From Christensenella sp. UBA3798 (GTDB lineage Bacteria; Bacillota; Clostridia; Christensenellales; CAG-1252), in NCBI GenBank assembly GCA_002368735.1, contig DFEQ01000029.1:1-62411 (forward strand): a stretch of DNA of 62,411 nucleotides, given 5' to 3'. The notes under the pieces were generated by a model. It was given only the letters and a program-made list of their open reading frames with translations, did not search any database and was not told where the DNA came from. This document shows, piece by piece, positions 48,901 to 60,900 of the stretch (position 1 is the first letter of the stretch; every line of letters begins with the position of its first letter). The position numbers and the translations under genes were made by a program.

Positions 48901-51900
48901 CGATACCTCCGAAGTGTACGAAGGGCTCATCGATGGGGCAGATACAATGTATCAACTCAAGGCGATATCCGGACACTCCGTCTATAACGCGACCGATTAC
49001 TTCACCTACGAGTACCTCGACGACGAGGAGAATACCGTCAAGATAACGGGTATCACTGGCGAGTACAAGACCGAGCTCGGCACAAGCTATGCCGACGCCA
49101 CCCTCGTCATCCCGCAGTACATCAACGGCAGGAAGGTATCCACCATCGCCGACAAGGCGTTCGTCGGATTGAAGTTCGGCGCTGTCGTATTCCCCGACGG
49201 CTTGACCCGTATCGGCGAGATGGCGTTCGCCAACTGGACCAACCTCTCCAACGTGGTATTCCCGTCTTCCTTGCAGACTCTTGAGAAGATGGCGTTCAGC
49301 GGTTGCTCCAATATGTACGAGGCATACTTCCTCGGCGCGGCTACCGCCCTCGGCGACAGTATCTTCAACAATACGATGAACGTTGCCTTCGGCGCAAAAC
49401 GCAACTTTACGGCGTTCGGTCCTACCACGACGTACATGACCGAATACTTTGAGGAGAAGGGCGTGGAATACAACGCTTGTACTTCGGTGCTCTGCTTCAA
49501 CTACGAGGTGCTGGATAACGGCATGGTTGAGATCCACTCCATCAAAGACCACGTGTGCAACGCCAATCATAAGGTCGTCCACGTGCCTGATAAGATCAAC
49601 GGCAGGGAGGTTGACAGCATCGACGGCAACACCATGTTTAAAGGTCTCACTACGGTGGAAACCGTCACCTTGCCCGACAACATGACGAGCATTCCCGCCG
49701 GTCTCTTTAAGAACTGCAGTTCGCTTGTCTCGGTGAATATGCCTTCCGGATTGATGTCCATCGGTGCCGGCGCCTTTGAAAACTGCGTGTCGCTTGATAG
49801 CATCACCTTCTCCGATAACCTGTCTTTGATCGGCGAATATGCATTCAAGAATTGCCACGGACTAACCGACATTATCATACCCTCGAGCGTGTACAATATC
49901 CATGAGGGTGCCTTCTCCGGATGCAGCGGCATCACACGCATCATGCTTTCGCGCTCTGTCACGAGCATCAGCGCGCATCTATTTGACGGCTGCTCGTCGC
50001 TCGAAACTCTCTATTACAGAGATGCCAACGGCATGACCAAGAATGGTCTGTCCACCGGTATTTCTTCGGTCGGTGAGTACGCATTCTACGGTTGTAGCTC
50101 CTTGAGAGGCATCTTTAGCGGCGATTACGAGGTGCTCTCCACCATCGGTGAGAAGGCGTTTGCCTACTCCGGCATCGAGAGCTTCACCATCTACTCCTCC
50201 ATCACCTCCCTCGGTGAGGGCGCATTTGCGGGTTGTAACGACCTTACCCTTGAAGACGGCGGCAACGAGATCTACTCGCTGGAAGATGGTATCATTTACC
50301 AGTCCGAGACCATCAAGGCGGTCAAGGAGACCGATTCAGGCGAAGGCGACAACACCTTCTCGATCACGGGTGATCAGAAAGATTTCTTCTACAGCACGGC
50401 GGACAGTGGCGAATATATGTTGGTCTCGGGTGAGCATCCCGATTACTTCGGTCCGGCGACGTATACTAACTATGGCAAGAACGACAGCACTCCGAAAAAC
50501 TCCGGTTGGATTTCGTACTCTTATTACAGCGACAACGGAAGTGCGGCTGTTCTCGGCCATTACACCGGGTCGACCACTTGGTCGAGTGATACCGATTACT
50601 CCACTACATATTTCGAAGGGACAAACGTTGAAGAGCACTTCGAAATTACAAATAGTAGCACGGTGAAGTGGAGAGATACCGGTAAGACCTTCTATCGTCA
50701 ATTGGGTGCAGGTACCTACACCGTGAGCGTCTCCTTCGACTGGGCTCACAACGAATACCGCAATGACGGTAGCTCTTATGGCGGATTGGGCGGTAGCACC
50801 AAGAGGGCTCACGATATTTATAGCTACACATTCACCTTTAAGATTAATACAGTCAACAAGGTGTGGTATTATAACCTGCAACCCAACGAGGAAGGCAACG
50901 ACCAAGACGAAGAGGCCGCAAACATCCTGCAACATGCGGCGACCAATATGCCGACCGACGCTGTAGAGCTCAAGAGGTCGGTGCTTCAGCCGAACAGTTA
51001 CTTCCTCGGCGATCCTGAAGATCCTCACTTCGCTTTCGATGAAAAGCAGGGCACCGTCTCCGTCAACCTCAAGAAGAATTCGGAATTCCTCAATATGAAG
51101 GGACACCTTATCGTCTTCTTTGAAGTTTCTGACGGTTCGGAGAATTTCATCACGACCGCTCGCTGTTACAAGCTAAGCTCCGTTGTTAACAATACCTTCA
51201 AGCAGCACGTTACCATCCATACCGTATCTGCCAATTTGAGCGGACCTTTGGAGATAGATTGTAAAGATGGGCTCAGCGTGGTCATCAAGGATGAGGAGAC
51301 AGACTATTGCGTGCGCGGTCCCGAGATGCCGAACGGCACCGAGAACGTCACCAAGATAGCTTATACTTCCGGATACGTCAAGATAACGACGGGTGCGACG
51401 ACCCTCTTCGCAAATACTACCGCCGACGCGGTGTCGAAGGGGCTTATCACCATCGTATCCTTGGAGGGCAAGTTCCAGGTCGAATACGACTTGACTGCCA
51501 TTAAGCGTCTGTCGGGTGCAGGTGCCAATGCGACCATCCGCTTCTATACCAACGAAACGTATACCGACGCGGTGGATGACGGATACACCTATAATCTCGC
51601 TACCCCCACCGCTAACGCAGGCGCTTATGCTGCGTATATCTCGGTTACCGCCGAGTTCAACGGGACGACGATATACGGCAAGAAGGAGGGCGACCTCTAT
51701 CGCTTCAATAACAATGACCTCGCCGACGCTATCGCCACTATGGACGCGGCGGGTGCCATCCTTGCCGTGCGCACCATTTCGGAATTCGCCCTCGAGGGTT
51801 GCTCTTCGCTCGATTCTCTCTCCATCGGGAAAGCGGTGGATTCTATCGGCGCGGGCGCGCTCATCAATACGCAGGGCATCGCGGAGATAGGCGTACACGA

Positions 51901-54900
51901 GCAGAACGAATACTTTGTGCTGCACAAGATCAACGCCAACGATCCGCAATACGCCTATTCGGGCGGCGGCTTGTATCGTAAGTTGACGGGCGTCAACGAG
52001 GGCAAGACCGAGCTCATCGCCTTCCTTGGCAGCAACACCGTCACCGAGTTCACTCTTCCCGATCACTGTATTATGATAGGCGACTATGCCTTCTCGCACA
52101 ATACCACCATCGAAAGGGTCTATTTGAACAAAGTGACCACGCTCGGCAAGAAGGCGTTCTACGGCTGTACTTCCTTGAAGTATATGGAATTGCCCGCCGG
52201 TTGGTCTCCCTCCGGTGGTTACAAGTACGGCGAACGCGTCTTTGAGGGCGCAGGGCTGGAAAGCGTCTACTTCGAGGGTGATTTCCGTTATACCGCGCAG
52301 ATAGGCGATATGCTCTTCGGCGAGAACTACGACGTCACCATCTATACGAAATACGACGACGGCATCTTGGCAGGCTATTGCGCTGATTATAACGGCAGGT
52401 CCCTGCGCGTTTACAAGATGACCGCACTTAATGACTTCGCCTATCAGACGGTGAACGGCAACGAGATCGAGATAATGAAGTATCTCGGCGACGACGAGAA
52501 CGTCATCGTGCCCGATATGATAGAGAATAAGAAGGTCACCGCCATCGGCGACGCCGCCTTTGAAGGCACTAACGTCGTGACCGTCAACCTTCCCGCCTAT
52601 ATCACCTTGATAGGAGATTACGCCTTCAGCGATGCCAAGTCGCTCAAAGAGCTTTACGTCAATTCCGATCCTTCCATCAAGCAGAACCTCTTCAACAATC
52701 ACTCTTCTGCCTTGATCGTCTACGGTATCACCGCGAGCATCCTTGACGAGTACTGCGAGTCCATCGGCGTTGCCTTCAACCTAGGCACTACGTGGGGTTG
52801 CTTCCATTATGAAACGGGCGCGGTCGGCGGCGGCGCGAAGATCACGGGCCTTGTGGACCACGTATGCAACTCTTCGCACAAGCATATCGTCATCCCCTCC
52901 GAGATCCACGGATACACCGTGACCGAGATCGACGAGAACGCTTTCAACGCGCGCACCAAGGCGGAGGGCGAGAGGGCGATGTATCGTGCCATCGAGTCCG
53001 TGACCATCCCCTCCAGCGTGAAGGTCATCGGCAAAGGCGCCTTTGCGAATAACTCCTCGCTCAAGGTGATGCGCTTCCAGAATACGACCATCTCCTCTAT
53101 CGGCGCTAATTATTACGATTTGAGCGGCAACCTCTGCAATACCTTTGGCGACAACGCGGCGCTCATCGTGTACGCGGCTGAATTCGAAAGCACCGAGGTA
53201 AGGGACTTCTGCACCGAGAATGCCATCGAATTCCACGCCGTCCTTAACATCAACAACGTCACGTACGAAGAGATCAACGGCAGCTATGCCATTACCCACG
53301 TCTCTTCGACGGATAAGAGCATCATCCTCCCCGATATGATCGGCGGTAAGAAAGTTACCGAGATAGCCAAGTTCGCCATGCAGAGCAAGGACTATGCATC
53401 CGTGAAACTCGGCAAGTACGTGACCAAGATAGGCGAGCATGCCTTTGACAATTGCGAAAAGTTAAAGGTCATCGATTTGCCCGAGGGCTTAAAGACCATC
53501 GGCGAACTTGCCTTCAACGGCTGTAAGAGTTTGACGGCTATCTTCATCCCCTCTTCCGTCCAGACCATCGGCGATAAGGCGTTTGCCGAGTGCACCGGTC
53601 TCAAGACCCTGCGCTTCCTCGGCGACGTCAAGAACATCGGCGCGAACCTCCTCTACGGCGTGACGATGACCTATGCTTCCGTCGGCTCGACCGGCAGCGT
53701 CAAGACGGTACCCTTCTTGCAAATCAGGTCGTCCGCGACGAACTTGGATACTTACTTCCGCAATAAGCTCAGCGTACGCGCCACCAAGGTGGAGAATATG
53801 GACGACTACCGCAGGTGGGAGGAGTGCTATGAATACATGGTTGACGTCGACGAATACGGCGAGGTCTGTATCGATATAACGGGTCTCAAAGACCACATCT
53901 GCGTCAACGGCGGACACGGCGATATCCTTATCCCCGGGCAGATAGGCGGCATCAAGGTCAGAAAGGTCGCCGACAAGGCTTTCGCGGGTGAAAAGACCAT
54001 CCGTTCCGTCACCTTCGAGCTCATCTCCAACGAAGGCTTGAGCCAGATAGGCAAGCAGGCGTTCTCGGGCTGCGAACTGCTCGGAAAGGTCAACCTCGGC
54101 CCCGTCCAACTCATCGGCGACGGTGCGTTTGAGTACTGCAAGTTGCTCTCCACCATCATCTCGCCCTTCGGCAGCGTCAGCACGATAGCGGACAATACCT
54201 CCGCGGGTATGGCGGGCGTGTTTGCCGGTTGCGAGAACCTCAAGTCCATCGAGGGCTTGACGAATAGCAATCCGCTGTATGCCTCCAACGGCGTCATCTA
54301 CTTCGGAGCGGGCAATACCCGTATAGCCAGGTACGTTTATGACCTCTCCGCCGAAGTGTTGAACCTCGACAAAGCTACTTCCGTAGACCCGAAGGCGTTT
54401 GATTCCATCGATAAAGCGGGGGTACGCATCATCAATATCCCCGAGACTTTGACCGCATTGAGCTATGCGATGATAAAGGATTTCAAGAATCTCGAGGAGA
54501 TCAACGTCGCAGGTGCCTTCCGCCTGTCCAATGTACCCAATGCAACGACGTCGGTACCCGACCCCTTGTACGATATGATGTTCTACGTACCTATCGGCAA
54601 GACCGTGCTTGGTATTGCAGATGATCACCTCACCAGGATAAACGATCCGGCGCACTTTAACTACGTCCCGGTGGAGAAGGACGGCGTCATCGTAGGCGTG
54701 GAGATCAAGGCAAACGATGCCTTCGGCGCATCCTCTATGGCCGGCGGCACCTTGGTCTTGCCTCACTACGGCTATGTGGACGGCGTCTCTTATCCCGTCA
54801 TCGGCATCGCAGAAAGAGGCTTTGCGGGCAAGACGGCTATTATTTCTATCGACCCCTTGCACGTCACCTACATCGGGGTTGAAGCCTTCGAGGGTTGTAC

Positions 54901-57900
54901 TGAGCTCGTTACTGCTAAGCTGTACGAGGGCAAGGTGGATAAGCTCGAAGAGATCAGGGCGGATGCCTTCAGTGGTTGCTCCGCGTTGAAGTACGTCTAT
55001 CTCGGCAAGGCTCTGACCTTCATCGACGGCAACCCCTTCGGCAGCTGCAGCATCGACCAAAAGGCAGGCTCGGTCTTCGCCATCGACGCGGATAACCCCT
55101 ACTACACCAGCAAGGTGGACGGCAAGAATACAAACATGATACTCAGCAAGGATGCCGTCACGTTGTACGCTTCCTACGCTACGGGCGACGTTGTGGTGCC
55201 CGACGGCGTGGTCAGGATCCTTTCGGGCGCATTCAAGGGCGCGGGCATCACGTCCATCACCATCCCGACCTCGGTGCGTTCCATCGCCGTGGATGCCATC
55301 GTGCGCTGCTCCGATCTCACCAGACTCACCATCCTCTCCGAGAATTTGACGATGGGCGAATATGTAAGGGGTAAGGGCGGCAACGGCATCGTCACGAAGG
55401 ACGAATGCGCCGCTTCCTTCACCGTCTTCGGCGTAGAGGGCACTATCGTGGAGTCCTACGCCAAGTGGTTCGACGACGATAAGGAGGCGATGCCCTTCCG
55501 CGCAGTCATCTCCACGGGCGCATTGACCATTGCGGGCGGTGTGGTCTTGAAGGCGGATATCTCCAAGCTCGGCAAGGTGGTCATCATCCCGACCGAATAC
55601 TACGAAGGTATCGAGATGAAGAACATCACCGAGATAGCCGACAGCGCATTCTACGGCGCAAAGCAGGTGGAAGAGATCTACCTCTCCGCATACCACCTCA
55701 CAAAGATAGGTAAAGCCGCCTTCGCGGGTATGACCTCGCTCAAAAAGGTCGTATTCTTCGACGACGGAGATTACGCACGCTTCAGAGAGCTCGTTATCGA
55801 CGAAAACGCATTTGCTTACAGCTACTCCTTGAACGAGGTGCACTTTGAGACCTATACGAGGAATATGTCTATCGCCGCAACGGCGTTCCGTTCTTCGGGC
55901 AGCAATCTCACGATCTACGCCCCCAACCTCATAAATGAGCTCAACGACCTTGCCGCGTTGCAGGGCGTGGTAGCTACCTGTGAGGTCTCCTATTACGGTA
56001 TGCTCAGCATCGAGGCGTTGAATGCTAACGAGGCTAAACTTGTCGGCATCCGCGAGCGCTACGTCGAGGACGGCAGAATAAAGAATAGAGCCACCTATGA
56101 AGATTACGCGGGTAACGGCGCCTACTTCTACTACGAAGGCAGCACGCTCACCTCTGTCATCGATTCGGATACCGGCTTGCTCAAAGACTACGACAGCTAC
56201 GATGCAAATGAGAAATTCTATCAGCAGGTCGGGCTGGGTGGCAATCTCTATATCCCCGAGTATATCGCGGGTATGCAGATGGTCGCGGTGGATATCGCGG
56301 ATCCGGATACCTTGTCGGGTATCAAGAAACTCTTCTTGCCCGATAGCATCCGTTCTATCAGTGCGGGTAGCTTCTCCAATACGATGCTCACCGAGGTCCT
56401 GCTGCCCGACGGCATCACGGATATCGGCGAGGGCGCCTTTAAGGCAAAGTCTAACGCCCTCCACATCTACTACGACGGCGACGCCCTCGACGCAAACGTC
56501 TTCGCTTCGAGCGCTTATACCGTCTACGTCCATACCGGTGCGACTATCGACCATCCGAGGACGGGTGTCGAAAAGGTGGCAGTCACGCCCGCTTCCTACT
56601 TTACCTACACAGTCTTCAACGGCAGGGAAGTCGAGATAACGGGCTTGAAGGGCGCGGGTCTCTCCGAGAAGAACGTGGTCATCCCCACCTACCTCAAGGG
56701 CAGGAAGGTCACCTCGATCGGCGACGGTGCCTTCGCGCATGACGCTAACCTCAAGACCTTGACCATCTCCAAGTACATCACCGAGATAGGCAACAGCGTC
56801 TTTGTGGGTACCTTTGAGAATATCGAGTACGTTACCTCTCCCTTCATCCTCTTTGAAGAAGGCTCCAATTCCTTCGTTATCGAGCACGTAGCGAACCGCG
56901 ATCTCTTGCTCCTGCGTGAGAAGGGCGATGATTATACCACCATCTACGCCGTATTCTCCGTCTTGAAGAGCGAGGACGATGAGGAGAGCGTGGCGCTGAA
57001 CTTCTCGGTGCCCACCTCCGTGACAGAGATCAGGGAAGGTGCCTTTGCGGGCGCGTATAGCCTCAGAAAAGTCTATGGCAATACCTACTATAGGGCGGAA
57101 GCGGAGAATACCGCTCTCGTAAAACTGGTCGAATCGGAATACGTCGAGAACTCTTCGAGCAACGTCTTGCTTGCGGTGCTCCGCACTTGCGAGAGCTTGG
57201 AGATCGCCACAGGCAACGTCTATCGCGTTGGTGCGTACGCCTTCTACGGCGCTACGATGGAGAAGATCATCGGCATCCCGAGCACGGTGACCGAGCTTGG
57301 CGAAGGTGCCTTTGAGAATTGCTCCGCTCTGACGAGCGTCGAGCTGCCCGAGGGTATATCCTATCTCCCCGCGCGCGTGTTCTACGGCTGCTCCCGGTTG
57401 ACGGGCATCAGTATTCCCGACGGCGTCAATTCCATCGGCGAGTTCGCCTTTGGCAAGTCGGGTCTCATCAGCATCGACCTTACCGCGCTCGACAATCTGT
57501 CCAAGATAGGCGAGAGCGCCTTTGCTTACTGCGAAGCGCTCCGCACGGTCAGTTTCGTCGGTACCAACGTCGTATCCATCGGCAAGGACGCCTTCCGCGG
57601 CTGCTCGGATCTGATGGATATCGACCTCTTCACCACCGTGAATGCGGAGACGGGAGCAAAGACCAGTAACCTCGAGGAGATCGGCGAAGGCGCATTTGCG
57701 GGCACCGCGATCACCTCCATCGTACTTCCCGAAAACGTGACTGCCATCTCCGACAAGATGTTTGAGGGCGCGACCTTCCTGCGTGAGATAAGCGCGCTCG
57801 GCGCGGTGGAGACGATAGGCGATTATGCCTTCCACGGTGCGTCGTCGCTCCTCGGCATCCCCGACTCCATTCTGCCTACCTTGCGCACGATAGGCGAAGG

Positions 57901-60900
57901 TGCGTTCATGAACAGCGGTCTCAGGTCCATCACCTTGCCGCAGAGCGTGACCGACATCGCTCCCTATACCTTTATGGGATGTACCTATCTGACGAGCGTC
58001 ACCTTGACCTCTTCGCTTAGGACGATCGGTGAGAGCGCCTTTGAAGGCTGCGACGGCAGAATCGCGCTTGACGATTACTCCTACGTGGAAGTCAGGGGCG
58101 GCAGAGTGTACCTTGTGGATGCGGCGGACGAGGAGAAGACTCGCCTCGTTGAAACCACTACCATCTCGGGCAATACCGCTTACACCGTGGTCAACGGTCG
58201 CAAGATCTACAACGCGGGCGATAAAATCGTCGTGGACGGTCGCTTCGCAGGCACCGTATACGAGGATGCCAGGACGCACGAAGCATACCGCATCGCCTAT
58301 CTGGACGAGAGCGGCCTCAGAGTGGAGCTCTCCAAGGTGAGCGGTGAATATGTCCTCCGCATTTATCCCGCGGACGGCGAGGGTGACTCCTCCGATCCCA
58401 AGTTGACCGACGTGACCAACTTCGAGGATAAGCTTAAGGACTGCAAGATCAACCTCAGCTTCGGTGTCACCAAGATAAACCTCGGCATCCGCGTCACCGA
58501 GATAGGTAATAGGGCGTTCGCCAAGACGGCGATAGAGTCCATCAGCCTGTCCGACAGCGTGACCAAGGTGGGTGACGAAGCCTTTGCCTACAACGAGAAC
58601 TTGCAGAACGTGCTTATCGGCGCGAAACTGAGGACCATCGGCGCAGGCGTCTTCCGCGGCACTCCCAACCTTGCCGGCGTGGACGTCAATAAGAAGAATA
58701 TCTACTTCAAGTCGGACGACGACAAGGTGCTCTATATGGCAAGGTTCGACAAGGTCACGGAGGAAGGCGCAAAGGCTGAGTCCGGCGTGATTTACTACGA
58801 ATTGAACGGCGACTCCTATTCCACCAAGACGGGCTTGACCGTCGGCGAATCCTCCGTCACAGGTCTCTACGAGAAGAATTGGGTCTTGAAACTCTATCCT
58901 GCGGGTCGCGTACCTGCGGGTGACCTCTCCTTCGTCGTGCCTTCCGACGTCGTCGGCATCGATGCGGGCGCATTCTACGATTGCAAGCTTGAGCGCGTCA
59001 TCATACAAGACAGCGTCAAGAATATCGCCAAGGGCGCCTTTGAGGATGCAGGTTACTTACAGACCGTATTCTTCGACGCCGATCTGACCATCGCCGCAGA
59101 CGTCTTTGACGGAACGAGCGTGGAGCTTGACGTGCCGATGTACGGTACCCTCGCGGCGAATTGCGCGGGCAACTACTTCACGGGCGACGTCACCTATAAG
59201 ACCCATACGCCCAAGAGCTGCTTTACCTACGAGGTCAACGGCTCTACGGTGAAGATCACGGGCTTCAAGGGCGGCTGCTCTCACGACCACGCCAACCTCA
59301 TCATACCCGACTATATCGACGGTTGCAGGGTCACTAAGATAGGTGCTCTTGCCTTTGCTCACTGCGAGATAGAGTCGCTCACCCTCCCGCTCCTCCTGGA
59401 CGAGATCGGCGACGGTGCGTTCTATGATAACGATATCACCGCCATTACCTTGAAGGGCGAGGAAACGGAGGACGACTACGAGGCATACAGCGAGAACGAT
59501 ACCTTCAAGGTCGCTAAGGTCTACGGTGATAAGAATATGACCGAGGATAGCGCTCTCTACACCCTGCTTTACAACAAGGTGGACGGCGTACTCATCCTCT
59601 ATCTCGACGGCAAAGTCGATATTGACGGCGAAGAGACGGCTTTGAAGCTTCCCGACGGTATTACCGCCATCGGCTTCGGCGCATTCTACGGCACCGAGAA
59701 GATAACGGCGGTGGATCTCACGGGCGTCACCACTATCGGCACCGCGGCGTTTATGGATTCCAAGGTCAACGCCGTCAGCGGTCTTGACAAAGTATCTACC
59801 GTCGGCGACAGCGCCTTTGAGAATACCGAGATCACGACGTTTGCCTTCGGCTCGGGTGTGTCGAGTATCGGCGCGGCTGCCTTTGCGGGTGTGGACGTTA
59901 CCTCCATCACCTTTGGCGGTGAGGGCGTGTATGAGAACCGTTTCTACCATTACGAGAACGATTTGTTGTTCGCCTATGTCGATAGGACGGAGATGAAGAT
60001 GTCATTGCACACCGTCTTCAAGGCGTATCTTGCAAACGTCGGCGCTAATTATCTCACCGTTCCCGATAGCTTCGAGACGGATGATAAGGGTGAGACGGTT
60101 ACGTACCTGCTCTCCGACATCGGCGCGTATGCCTTTAAGAGCCTTGACTTCGGCATGACCTACGATTACAAGCTCAATAAGGACAAGGTCTTTGACGCGA
60201 GCGCTACCTACTATAAGCTGGATAACGGCGTTTACTCCGTCGTCGAGCTCACTCAGGAGACCTACCTTGCGAAGAAGTATTACAACTACGTCGGCACCAG
60301 AAACGGCGTTATACTCATCCCGTCGGCAAAGGATCTGACCGTCTCCGAGGGCGCTTTCGTCAACGACACCATCAGAGAGGTGCACTTCGAGAGCAGGGTG
60401 GACGCCATCGAGGGCGGTACGTATTTCGACAAGGATACCGTCGTCTACTATCCGCAAGGCTCGGCGATAGCCACGGCGCTCACCGCTTCCGGTCATACCG
60501 AAGCGCTTGCCTTCACGCCCAAATCCTACCTCGTCTACGACGATACGGAGTCTGAGACGGAGATAAGGATAACGGGAGTCAGCGGCAGGGTGCCCGACCT
60601 TGTTATCCCCGCATTCGTGGATGGCAAGCTGGTCACGGCGGTGGGCACTGACAGCACGAATTCCGACTTTGGAACAAGCGGAGTCACTCGCCTCGTCATC
60701 ACCGACCGCGTCATCGAGCTCGGTAAGTACGCCTTCAAGAACTGCACCACCTTGACGGAGGCTACCATCGGCGCGGGCGTCACCGAGATACCCGAGGGCT
60801 TCTTCCTCAGCTGTTCTCTCTTGAAGACGGTGACCTTGTCCGAATCCGTCACGACCATCGGCGCCGAAGCGTTCAAGAGCACCATCTTGACCAAGATACC

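Noticed and set aside
34311-59996. Many short plus-strand ORFs (60-180 aa) inside the giant gene, such as 50148-50666 and 56097-56639. They are P/R/S/T-rich.
   Set aside because: All are in the two non-coding plus frames (start coordinate congruent to 0 or 1 mod 3) and have arginine/proline/serine-rich out-of-frame composition. None is in the giant ORF's frame.
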